Source: Victivallales bacterium
GTDB taxonomy: Bacteria; Verrucomicrobiota; Lentisphaeria; Victivallales; GWF2-50-93
Assembly (NCBI GenBank): GCA_041666985.1
Contig: JBAYFV010000001.1
Coordinates: 1-40,002 of the forward strand
DNA length: 40,002 nucleotides
Direction: 5' to 3'
Within the stretch, counting starts at the first letter, position 1. Every line of letters begins with the position of its first letter. Below are positions 16,817 to 25,443 of the stretch, piece after piece. Below the pieces are notes generated by a model. That model did not search any database. It worked only from the letters and a program-made list of their open reading frames with translations, and had not been told where the DNA came from. Position numbers and translations under genes: made by a program.

Positions 16817-18730
16817 TTACAGTTCCACATAAACTAACCATGAACTAAATGGCGCGAAATGTATTTTAGCGTTACCTTGCCCATTAAAGATAAAGCCGCG
16901 TCCAGCCAACACTTTATCTTGATCGCAATAGAGATATTCTGTCGGCAAATCGAACTCTTTATAAGTTGTTAATTTATAGTTTTGAATATTAATTTCCACA
17001 TTTTTTGCCCGTGAGGAGAAATTAACAAGGACAATTGCAATACCCTTGCCTGAATTATTTACGGCCAGGCAATTCACATTTTCGGCATTTTTACTGGTAA
17101 TACTGCATATGTTTTGACTGGTAATATATTTTTGAAAAAAACGCATAACACGGGCTGAAGGTCTGATATAAATAGTCTTTTCGTCTATATCGTTTGGAAT
17201 ATAGCCTCCTTTAATGCCATATCGGTCAAGTGGACCAAAAAGCCCACAATCACGGGTCTGAACATTATATGAGCCTGCGGCAAAACATCCACTTTCCACC
17301 AATTTGCTCATGGCCAATGCCTGCCACACCCCATTAGGTGGTCCAGCCAATTTGAAGTCAGGAGGATTCCAAGCTCGATAGTTCGGTCCGTAGGCTGTAA
17401 TAATTACTGGAAGGTTTTCATTTCTGATCTTTTTAGCAATTTCCCGGCTGGCAACGACACAAGAACCCAGATAGTCAGATGTTCTTTTGTATAACATTTC
17501 TATTGGGGTTGCCGCGTTGCCGGAAATATACATATTCCATGCAATAAAATCTATTTGAGGACACTCTTCCAATAACTTGGCAATAATCAGGCTCGATGGC
17601 CAAGCATTCACTGGTCCGCCACATTTTAATTCAGGATTGAACTTTTTGGCTACTCGGACCAAGCGTGCATAATATTTTACAAACTCATCTGTATGATTTT
17701 TCCAATAACTGCTCAGGGTCCATTCATCACAAACCGCCCAGTATTTAACATTGAATTTGCCTTTCTGCCCATAGCGTCTGACCAACTGCATAAAAATCTC
17801 CTCTCCGGCATCCATTTCAGCCTGAGTGGGGGCTTGATCGTGACGTCTTGGCTTCTCCAGCCACCACTGAGGCAAAAACAACAGATCTTTGCATCCCCAG
17901 ACGTTGATAGCTTTTTCAACATATTTGTCAAGAGTTTCAAAGTCCCAGAAATTACCATCCCTATCCGCCTCCTTCAGACTGCGACACAGCAGTATCAACA
18001 TATTGCCTTGAAAAAAGGTGTTCATCGTGGCATCCCAGCGAGGGTTGTCATCCATCAGATGAAGCTTCGGAAAATCAACACATGCCGTTGCTAGATATGG
18101 ACTGACTTTCCCAAGTGTGTTTTGCGGAGATACCGTAACCTCTACAGTTTCTATTTTCCCCTGGTCTTCGATGTCAGTTGTTTTTTGACTGCCCGACCCA
18201 ACATCATCCCTGGCATATTCATTATACACGCCCTCAGGACGGAAGTTGGGATCCTCGCACAGCAAAATGGCATCAAGGCCGCTAGAGCCAGTTTTACACT
18301 GTACAGCGTATAAATCAAATAATGCGCCAATCTGCTTGCTGGTATATCTTCCTGCGGATACCCACCCCCACTGTCCTGCGGAACCGGCTTTTATCGGTTC
18401 GCTTATACCATTGCTGCCCCGTAAGGATAAAGTCAAATCACGCAGTCTGATCCAAATCGAAAAAGTACCGTTTTGAGGGAATGGAACTTCTGCGACCAGC
18501 ACCTCCCCTGGAATCACCGCAACCCCCTCTTTTAAGGCAATATAACGACCGTTGCTGGAATAAATGTCATCATATAACGTGAATTCTTTCTCTTTTGAGA
18601 AAACATCCTCAGCTTCAATAATGCTTTTCGAGAGTGATGGTGCGCCAAATAGAGAACTTGCAAGCACAATAATAAAAAAGCAAAATACAAATTGCGCTTT
18701 TATTTGACTAATATTTTGAGATCTATTCAT
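16817..18730 (-). CDS. Secreted putative glycoside hydrolase (clan GH-A-like TIM barrel with an N-terminal beta-sandwich)
   Basis: Signal/TM segment 'FVFCFFIIVLASSLFGAPS'. 'KYWAVCDEW' resembles the NEP/acid-base strand of GH-A enzymes (GH39/GH5-like). Family not resolved. Confidence 0.55.
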   Translation of the reverse strand: MNRSQNISQIKAQFVFCFFIIVLASSLFGAPSLSKSIIEAEDVFSKEKEFTLYDDIYSSNGRYIALKEGVAVIPGEVLVAEVPFPQNGTFSIWIRLRDLTLSLRGSNGISEPIKAGSAGQWGWVSAGRYTSKQIGALFDLYAVQCKTGSSGLDAILLCEDPNFRPEGVYNEYARDDVGSGSQKTTDIEDQGKIETVEVTVSPQNTLGKVSPYLATACVDFPKLHLMDDNPRWDATMNTFFQGNMLILLCRSLKEADRDGNFWDFETLDKYVEKAINVWGCKDLLFLPQWWLEKPRRHDQAPTQAEMDAGEEIFMQLVRRYGQKGKFNVKYWAVCDEWTLSSYWKNHTDEFVKYYARLVRVAKKFNPELKCGGPVNAWPSSLIIAKLLEECPQIDFIAWNMYISGNAATPIEMLYKRTSDYLGSCVVASREIAKKIRNENLPVIITAYGPNYRAWNPPDFKLAGPPNGVWQALAMSKLVESGCFAAGSYNVQTRDCGLFGPLDRYGIKGGYIPNDIDEKTIYIRPSARVMRFFQKYITSQNICSITSKNAENVNCLAVNNSGKGIAIVLVNFSSRAKNVEINIQNYKLTTYKEFDLPTEYLYCDQDKVLAGRGFIFNGQGNAKIHFAPFSSWLVYVEL

Positions 18731-18770
18731 GGCTTTATTCCTTTGATGCTTTGTTTCTTTAGCGGATTCG

Positions 18771-20951
18771 TCATTTGATTAAGATTAACATTTGCCCTTT
18801 TTTATAGTTTCGCGCTGATTTGGTATTAGTCCAGTCAATGTTTGTAGAGGGTGAATTGCCGATGCCAATATCCGCATCCTTGGCCGTTTTCCAGTTGTTA
18901 AAAGCAAACAGCACCTGACGCTCCTTCCAATTATGTATTTGCATCGAACCAATGCCTGGAACCTCGGAAATAGAACCTTTGTCTCCCCAATCCAGATTCA
19001 GATCCGAAGCGTAAGGGATTCTATATTGGTTTATAGGTGAAGGGTCTGAGTAGAAGAATTCCAAATACCCACCTCGCTCGTAACTGCCATTTTTAATTCC
19101 AGAAACATTGGACTTCACGCATAGATTATTAATGTACATCTGGGTTATATGCTTTGATGCGAAGTCAGGCACTCCAAGCATGGATACATTTTTTGTGAAA
19201 GAACCTGCTTCAATGTAAATATATTCCTCTTTACCGTCATTACGTTCCAGTAGCAAAAAATACGCGATGCGCTTGAAGGCTTTGCCCTCTAATTCTTTAC
19301 TATGATCAATATCATAAATCAATTTTTTGCCATTGTCTTGAACCTTTGCGTCTACCGGGTTAAAAGCGTAAACCACATCCCACCCATCACCTGGATCAAT
19401 TAAAGCCTCAAGCTTATTTTTAGTTAAACTTTTGCCAGCTCTAAAGGCGCTGGTCGGATAACCTAGATCATTAATTAAATTGGGTTGAGCTTTCATATGC
19501 CAAGCGAACCGAACCAACTGTGGCTTTGCCAGTTGTGGCGAAGTAAGTATTACTTTGTTCCCATCGATCTGGGATTCCGCCGTATAGAAAACGCCATTTT
19601 CGCCAGCAATTTCAAACCAGTTTGGGGGGTTCCCATCAGCTGTTGCCAAGCTTTTAGCATCATCAAACGAAACAATTACCTTATTATCAATAATTTCATA
19701 AGATTTAAACTTGGCGTGTCGGTAAGTCTCGTCATTATTTGCATAAGTTTTATTCAAAGCAGCAATAGCCAGTCTTTTTCCGACTTCCATCTTGGACGTG
19801 GGGTGAATGTCATTGAGATTGCCTAAATCATTGATAACCACCATTGCGCAATCATTACTGTCTTCAACGGCTTTTGCCTGTGCTTCCCAAATTGCCGGCA
19901 GATTATGAGGTGCGGTTTTGTAATCAAATGGGGCTAATTGAACAATATAGAAAAACATTTTATCCTGCAACCAGTTTAAGCGCCAGCCATTAATCAAGGC
20001 TTTTAATTTGTCACGATAAGACTCTCCGTCATTACGATCCCGTTCGCCCTGATACCAAATTACGCCACGAATAGCAAACCGAACCAGAGGATTGACCATT
20101 GCGTTAAAAATTACGCTAGGATCGCTCGGGGAAGTGCACATTATCTGCAAAGGGGGACGAGGAGGCATTGCTAATGGCGTATCATTTCGCAACCGCTCTT
20201 CTGCATCTGAGGTCCATTTTTTCTGTATATCAATATATTCTCTGCTGATTTTCAAGTTTTCTTCAGTTCTGTAATCCTTCAAAATGAACGATTTTTTATA
20301 ATCATCCTCACCCGTCAGGGCGTTCACCCCCTCAATAGGAGTCCAGGCCGTTATTGTCGTTCCTCCCCAGGAACAGTTTATCAACCCAATCGGCGCTTTA
20401 TTTTTTGAGTATAGATACTTGCCGAAATAGTATCCTATTGCTGAAAATTCCTTAACTGTCTCCGGACCGGCCGCCTGCCATGATTTGCATTTGAAATTAT
20501 CGGCCCGCTTGCCACTCCATGCCGGCGTGACCGTAAAGATTCTTATATTATTATTCTCGGATTGAGGGATATCTTTAGCGGCGGCATCTGATTTGAAGAG
20601 AGGGAACTCCATATTAGATTGTCCTGAACAAATCCAAACTTCTCCAACCAGAACATCTTTGAAAACAATAGCCTCTTCTTCTCCCTTGACCTTGAGTTCC
20701 GTCGCAACTCCGACTGTCAGTGGATCCAGTTCAACTTTCCATTCACCTTTTGCGTTGCACCTCGTACTCTTTTTTTGATTTCTGAAAAACACAAAAACTT
20801 CTTCATTGTCTCTGCCACGTCCAAAAATTGGGACTTTCATGTCTCTTTGCAAAACCATGTGGTCGGAAAAAATAGGTGCTAGCTCAAGCGCCATTCCTTG
20901 CCCTGTCATAAACAACAAACTCAATATCGATATTAATCGTTTAAACGGCAT
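18771..20951 (-). CDS. Sialate O-acetylesterase-like carbohydrate esterase (DUF303/SASA family) with an extra C-terminal domain
   Basis: 'LAPIFSDHMVLQRD', 'VWICSGQSNMEFPL', 'NCSWGGTTITAW' and 'GVIWYQGERD' are the family motifs. Signal peptide 'MPFKRLISILSLLFMTGQGMA'. The ATG at 20951 has GAGGA upstream. About 230 aa after the esterase core are unassigned. Confidence 0.8.
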   Translation of the reverse strand: MPFKRLISILSLLFMTGQGMALELAPIFSDHMVLQRDMKVPIFGRGRDNEEVFVFFRNQKKSTRCNAKGEWKVELDPLTVGVATELKVKGEEEAIVFKDVLVGEVWICSGQSNMEFPLFKSDAAAKDIPQSENNNIRIFTVTPAWSGKRADNFKCKSWQAAGPETVKEFSAIGYYFGKYLYSKNKAPIGLINCSWGGTTITAWTPIEGVNALTGEDDYKKSFILKDYRTEENLKISREYIDIQKKWTSDAEERLRNDTPLAMPPRPPLQIMCTSPSDPSVIFNAMVNPLVRFAIRGVIWYQGERDRNDGESYRDKLKALINGWRLNWLQDKMFFYIVQLAPFDYKTAPHNLPAIWEAQAKAVEDSNDCAMVVINDLGNLNDIHPTSKMEVGKRLAIAALNKTYANNDETYRHAKFKSYEIIDNKVIVSFDDAKSLATADGNPPNWFEIAGENGVFYTAESQIDGNKVILTSPQLAKPQLVRFAWHMKAQPNLINDLGYPTSAFRAGKSLTKNKLEALIDPGDGWDVVYAFNPVDAKVQDNGKKLIYDIDHSKELEGKAFKRIAYFLLLERNDGKEEYIYIEAGSFTKNVSMLGVPDFASKHITQMYINNLCVKSNVSGIKNGSYERGGYLEFFYSDPSPINQYRIPYASDLNLDWGDKGSISEVPGIGSMQIHNWKERQVLFAFNNWKTAKDADIGIGNSPSTNIDWTNTKSARNYKKGQMLILIK

Positions 20952-20965
20952 GTCATCCTCATTGT

Positions 20966-20990
20966 TTAATCGTATAGGAATTTGAATTTT
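20966..20990 (-). promoter_or_regulatory. Conserved 25-nt upstream motif, copy 1 (promoter or operator candidate)
   Basis: TTAATCGTATAGGAATTTGAATTTT lies 14 nt upstream of the esterase ATG and matches 26651-26675 at 23 of 25 positions. A GC palindrome (CCTGCCGGCAGG) lies just distal to it. Confidence 0.4.
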
Positions 20991-21200
20991 AAGCCTGCCG
21001 GCAGGATGCATGTGTCCTGACGATTATTTTGTGCCACATTTTTCATGGGAATTTAACTTTCAGCGCCTTTCTTCCAATGTTTTCAATGCCTCCGGGCGAA
21101 CTAAAACATATGCCTGTTACCCGGTATATCTTATCTGAGATTTTCATTCTGTCAGGTATGCCTCCCGCCTTTGCCGAATCGGGGAGGTGTGATTTGTCTC

Positions 21201-21824
21201 TTAGGGACACCAGTTCATCGAATCGATTTCCGGGGCAAAATGCCATTGAACATGTCCATCGATAAAAAGCACGTTGCAACCTTTATTGTGCCTGTCTGAC
21301 ACGGGGTATGAACCGTTTGCCGCATAATGTCCTTTTCGTACAAAAATGTTGCATCCCCATGCCACAGAGGGAACCTTGCTGTCAGACAGAAGAACCGTAG
21401 AAGAAGGCAATTTTATTTGGTTAGGGTTCTTGAGGCTCACATCAAAGAAATTGTAGCCATATTCGCTTGATATCGTTCCCCAAGATGTGCCAGCACCACA
21501 ATATACCGATGATGAAGGGCAATCGTATAGAGAATCATTTGTGTATTGGTCTCTAACCAAAAGACCAATCCATGTGGGATTCCAGTTTCCGAGAAAGTTA
21601 ACATAGTACTTAGGGGGATAATATGCGCAATAGTCATTGCCATACATCAAAAAACCATAATTCAGCTGTTTGAGATTGTTGATGCACTCTATCCCCTTTG
21701 CCGCATCCCGTGCCTTTTTTAATGCAGGCAGCAACATGCCGGCTAAAATTGCGATGATCGCAATCACCACTAAAAGTTCTATCAGTGTGAATCTGAACGG
21801 CTTGCAGTAATTTACATGTTTCAT
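21201..21824 (-). CDS. Prepilin-type N-terminal cleavage/methylation protein, DUF1559 (H-X9-DG) family
   Basis: '[24 protein letters not shown]' is the type IV pilin-like methylation/TM segment. '[14 protein letters not shown]' is H-X9-DG. AAGGAG followed by an A8 tract precedes the ATG. Confidence 0.9.
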   Translation of the reverse strand: MKHVNYCKPFRFTLIELLVVIAIIAILAGMLLPALKKARDAAKGIECINNLKQLNYGFLMYGNDYCAYYPPKYYVNFLGNWNPTWIGLLVRDQYTNDSLYDCPSSSVYCGAGTSWGTISSEYGYNFFDVSLKNPNQIKLPSSTVLLSDSKVPSVAWGCNIFVRKGHYAANGSYPVSDRHNKGCNVLFIDGHVQWHFAPEIDSMNWCP

Positions 21825-21911
21825 TTTTTTTCTCCTTTTGCTGGCATTCGTTTTGCCAAGCCTGGAACTTTTATTTAAAATAGCGTCTTTTTCCTGCTGT
21901 TTCCCTTATGT

Positions 21912-22889
21912 TTACGCCGAATCCCGCTTGATCAGGCTGGGTTTCATTGTTTCAATAGGCGTATTTTCGTTTTTCCCGTAAATGAGAGATAACAGGATCT
22001 CTGTTGCCTTACGGCCCTGTTCCCTGAATGGCTGCTTGATACTGGTCAAAGCCGGGTCGAGGACTTCTGATAACGGGGAATTGTCATAGCCGACAATGAA
22101 AACATTTTTACCGAAATCAGCTCCAGCCTGGCGCAACTGACGGATGTATTCTCCGGCAGCCAGGTCGTGACGTGCGAAGATGCCAATTCTGGAGTAAGAC
22201 TTCAGCTTGTTTTGCCAAAAATCCAATTTTGCACATCGGGGGATGGAGTTAATTCTATTTCCACTAAGTTCCTCGGTAAAGCCCGTGATTCTCATTTTGG
22301 ATACATGCTTTGTTGAGGCGCAGTGTAAATATATTTGGCAATCGTGTTTTTTTAACGTCTGGGCAGCCAGCTTGCCGCCGTATGTTTCATCCATGTTCAA
22401 GGAAGGTATCCCGTCTTCGGCAACTGTGGTATTCAGAAGCAATATCCTGCCATGTCCTTGGTGGTACTTGTGCAATAACTCAGCCGTATGGGGTGTCTGG
22501 TCAAATGTAGGCGGGTAGGAGATAATGCCCGCGCTGGGATTATTCAAATTAGCCCTGATGAACGCTTCATACGACTTTGCATCAATGCCTGGATGAAAAT
22601 TCACGGGGAATCCATGGCTAAAAGCAGTTTCTGCAATCCCAAACATCAAATTGCACATCTGGCTATCGCAGATTTCGGGGACAAATACGCCGATAGCCGC
22701 ATTACGTCCACGTTGCATGAATTCCGCCTGGCGGTTGCGTTTATAGCCCATGAAAGCCGCCGCTTCGATAATCATCTTGCGATGCCTGGAGTTAACCAGT
22801 TTCACTCTCTCCGGGACAGGACTTAATGCCCGTGATACGGCCGACACCGACAGGTTTAAATCCTGCGCTATTTTTTTGATGGTTACCAT
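21912..22889 (-). CDS. LacI-family transcriptional regulator
   Basis: N-terminal HTH 'VTIKKIAQDLNLSVSAVSRAL' followed by a periplasmic-binding-protein-like sugar-binding core. Confidence 0.85.
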   Translation of the reverse strand: MVTIKKIAQDLNLSVSAVSRALSPVPERVKLVNSRHRKMIIEAAAFMGYKRNRQAEFMQRGRNAAIGVFVPEICDSQMCNLMFGIAETAFSHGFPVNFHPGIDAKSYEAFIRANLNNPSAGIISYPPTFDQTPHTAELLHKYHQGHGRILLLNTTVAEDGIPSLNMDETYGGKLAAQTLKKHDCQIYLHCASTKHVSKMRITGFTEELSGNRINSIPRCAKLDFWQNKLKSYSRIGIFARHDLAAGEYIRQLRQAGADFGKNVFIVGYDNSPLSEVLDPALTSIKQPFREQGRKATEILLSLIYGKNENTPIETMKPSLIKRDSA

Positions 22890-22902
22890 CGCGTCTCCAT
22901 TT

Positions 22903-22920
22903 ACTGCAAACGTTGTCAGT
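22903..22920. promoter_or_regulatory. Candidate LacI-type operator (autoregulatory)
   Basis: In ACTGCAAACGTTGTCAGT, 14 of 18 positions are palindromic around a central CG. It lies about 13 nt upstream of the LacI-family start codon. Confidence 0.35.
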
Positions 22921-23265
22921 GGTGGTTACTGTACAATGCTGGATTTGATTGTCAAGTAAAAAAATAAAAAATGTTTTTCCCGTGTAGAGTTCGGTAAGGA
23001 TCAGCTAAAAAATAACTTGGGCTTTGCTGGCGAAGATTCCGGATGGATTGTCATGGCGCGAAAGAGGAGGATATCTGAAGATATTTGACGATTGAGCAAC
23101 GTGATAAGCGGACGGAAGAACGCCAGCCCTTCGGGACGGGAATCCATGCATTTTTATTCTTCGTTGCTTCACCCTTCGCGTATGCCCGATATGCTCAGGG
23201 TTTGCGCCTAAAATACAAACGCCTGTATTTCCCGTCAAATGCCCAGGTTGTTTTTTAGCGGGTTC

Positions 23266-24090
23266 TTAGAGTCTGAATTTTTTCAGTGCGGCATCCGGAT
23301 TCATCCCGTTATTGATTACGGCGTTCAGTGCGTCGATCAGGCGGACGGGATTTTTCGCCATGAAGATATTGCGTCCGAAGATGATCCCGCGGGCGCCGGC
23401 GTTGACGGAGTCTGCGGCCTTTTTCAACACTTCCAAGTCCGTGTTGAGCTTGTCCGCACCGATGGTGAAGACGGGTACGGGCGTGTTCTCAATGACTTCC
23501 GAGAACTTGGGTCCGGTGTAGAAGGTCTTGATCAGGTCTGCGCCCATCTCCGCCATAATGCGGGAAATCCGCTTGACCTTTGCATGCACTTCGGAGGGGG
23601 TTTTCTCCTTGTGTTCCACTACGTAGCACTCGCCGATCAGGGGAATGCCGAGGCGCTCCTTCTGGCGTACGACTTCGGTGAATATCTCAACATTACGGGT
23701 CTCCCGTGCGCGGTCGTCTTTCTCCTCGAGGAAGAGAGAGCAGATTACGGCGCCGGCGCCGGCGCGCACGGCCTCCTCCACGGTGGTGGCGATTGTCGTG
23801 AACCCTTCGCGATATTCCAGGGGGTAATAGAAAGAAGCCGACCAGTTGATGCGCACCACCGGTACGGGGGCGGGCGCTTCCGCAAAAAGCGGCCAGTTGC
23901 GCTCCAGCATGAAACGAGGCAGGAGCAGCGCATCTGTCGTGCGGCAGTTTTTGATGGCGTCTTCAACTTTCTCCAGTCCGGGCTGATCTCCGTACTCAAC
24001 CACATGGTCAACCGCTGAAATGACCAGGTTCTTTTTGTCTTTAAAGAGCTGTGCAAGCCTGAGTTCGATGCCGGGGTGTCTTGTATTCAT
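23266..24090 (-). CDS. Class I aldolase (DhnA/FbaB/DeoC-LacD superfamily)
   Basis: 'VISAVDHVVEYG', the Schiff-base-lysine-like 'ADLIKTFYTG' and 'GARGIIFGRNIF'. I chose the ATG at 24090, preceded by GGAGG. The ORF-track start at 24114 lacks an RBS. Confidence 0.7.
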   Translation of the reverse strand: MNTRHPGIELRLAQLFKDKKNLVISAVDHVVEYGDQPGLEKVEDAIKNCRTTDALLLPRFMLERNWPLFAEAPAPVPVVRINWSASFYYPLEYREGFTTIATTVEEAVRAGAGAVICSLFLEEKDDRARETRNVEIFTEVVRQKERLGIPLIGECYVVEHKEKTPSEVHAKVKRISRIMAEMGADLIKTFYTGPKFSEVIENTPVPVFTIGADKLNTDLEVLKKAADSVNAGARGIIFGRNIFMAKNPVRLIDALNAVINNGMNPDAALKKFRL

Positions 24091-24141
24091 CCGTTTTTCC
24101 TCCATCTTTTCCATTTACTGTTTATTAAGGTTTTTCTATTT

Positions 24142-24164
24142 AAATTTTCCGCTTCGGAAAATTT
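24142..24164. other. Perfect 10-bp hairpin between two co-directional genes (function unknown)
   Basis: AAATTTTCCG-CTT-CGGAAAATTT. It is AT-rich and has no clean U-tract on the minus (coding) strand, so it is not a confident terminator. Confidence 0.3.
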
Positions 24165-24180
24165 TTCACTCCGCTTGGCT

Positions 24181-25317
24181 TCACCATTTCCGCGAATCCG
24201 GCACCGGCAGCCATGCCGATTCCTGTGCGACCGATTGCTGACTTACCAGACCCGGCAGGGTCATATCCATGGCCTCGTGAATGCCGATGACCGGGGCGCG
24301 TTTGCCCTGGATTGCATCAATGAAGTCGAGGACTTCGAAATAGTCGCCGCCGCCGTGTCCGGCTTTGGCTGCAGCCTCGCCCGCTTTTCGCCACATTTCG
24401 GGCATGTACTTTTCCGCCAGCTCGGAAACGGTCTGGAAAGCGTCCAGGTCGGTCCAGGCGATATTCTTGCTGAGTTTGCGCAGCCAGATCCTGCCATTGT
24501 CGCAGGGGCCGCCCCGGGATGACTCGTAACAGCCGTCGGTGCCTTGCAGTTGATAGTTGTTCATTGCATGCGGGCGGTCGGACAGCATGTCCACCCGGAT
24601 CTTGATCAGCGCCTCCTTTTCGGTTTTGCAGAGCATGGTGCTGGAGGCCTGGCAGTAGGGCTTGCCCGTGCCGTCAATATGGCGAACTCCTGTGCCTTCA
24701 CAGCAGACGCGCTTGACCCGGTCTCCGGGCATCCACTGGAGGATCGGCCCCAGGCTGTGGGTGCCGTAAGTGATGCCGTCCACCCCTGTCTGCCAGCGCC
24801 GCCGCCACGGGGTGGAGTGTTCATTCATATGCTTGAGTTCGTGCAGATATTCGCCTTCGGCGTAGTAAGGGGTGCCGAAGAGACCCTGCCGCACCAGCTC
24901 CTTGATGATCTGATTGGGTTTTGTATAGGTGTAGTTCTCCGCCATCATGTAGACGCCTTTGCTCGCCTTGCAGGCGAGAACCAATTCCCTGCATTCCTCG
25001 ATTGAGACGCCTGCGGTCACTTCCGACAGCACGTGCAGATTGCGTTTCAGCGCTGCGACCGCATGCGGGACATGGAGATGCATCGGCGTTCCGATGATCA
25101 CGGCGTCCAGCCTGGACTTCTCCAGCATTTCGGTGAAGTCGGTGTACTGTTCGTGCGCCCCAAGGCGTTCACGTGCGGCGGACAGCCCTTTTTCGTTTAT
25201 GTCACAGACCGCGTGTATGGACACGTTTTCTTCAAGTGCATCGCAGGCCGATTTGAAACTGGCGCCGCGTCCACCCGCGCCAACGATACCGAGATTCAGT
25301 TTTGTTGTTTTTTTCAT
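24181..25317 (-). CDS. Gfo/Idh/MocA-family NAD(P)-dependent oxidoreductase with a GH109-like C-terminal signature
   Basis: Rossmann motif 'LNLGIVGAGGRG'. 'AKAGHGGGDYFEVLDFIDA..LPVPD' resembles the HGGxD..VPDF region I recall from GH109-type enzymes. No signal peptide. The ATG at 25317 has AGGA 7 nt upstream. Confidence 0.8.
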   Translation of the reverse strand: MKKTTKLNLGIVGAGGRGASFKSACDALEENVSIHAVCDINEKGLSAARERLGAHEQYTDFTEMLEKSRLDAVIIGTPMHLHVPHAVAALKRNLHVLSEVTAGVSIEECRELVLACKASKGVYMMAENYTYTKPNQIIKELVRQGLFGTPYYAEGEYLHELKHMNEHSTPWRRRWQTGVDGITYGTHSLGPILQWMPGDRVKRVCCEGTGVRHIDGTGKPYCQASSTMLCKTEKEALIKIRVDMLSDRPHAMNNYQLQGTDGCYESSRGGPCDNGRIWLRKLSKNIAWTDLDAFQTVSELAEKYMPEMWRKAGEAAAKAGHGGGDYFEVLDFIDAIQGKRAPVIGIHEAMDMTLPGLVSQQSVAQESAWLPVPDSRKW

Positions 25318-25443
25318 TTGCATTTCCTTTAATTCATATGGAAATCACCAACCACAGGTGTACGGAGACACAAGTTGCATTAATGGTGAAATATTAGTTC
25401 AAGCCAATATGGATTTCCTGTGTCTTTGCGCCTCTGTGTTTGA

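Noticed and set aside
21157-21190. Hairpin CCTCCCG..CGGGGAGG downstream of the DUF1559 gene as an intrinsic terminator
   Set aside because: The stem is imperfect (one bulged G), and no U-tract follows it on the coding (minus) strand. This is insufficient to call a terminator.
21824-21831. T8/A8 homopolymer between the RBS and ATG of the DUF1559 gene as a phase-variation tract
   Set aside because: The tract is short, and similar A-rich spacers precede other genes (for example GGAGAAAAATG at 8271). No evidence of length heterogeneity can be obtained from a single sequence.
23100-23135. SRP-RNA-like 'GGACGGAAGAACGCCAGCC' (GGAA tetraloop resemblance to 4.5S domain IV)
   Set aside because: The flanking sequences are not complementary, so no long SRP hairpin can form. 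The similarity is limited to a short purine-rich word.
23239-24018. 259-aa plus-strand ORF overlapping the aldolase gene
   Set aside because: It lies entirely antisense to a motif-bearing gene. Its translation is a G/A/R/V/H-rich low-complexity string typical of shadow frames in GC-rich DNA, and it has no RBS or recognisable domain.
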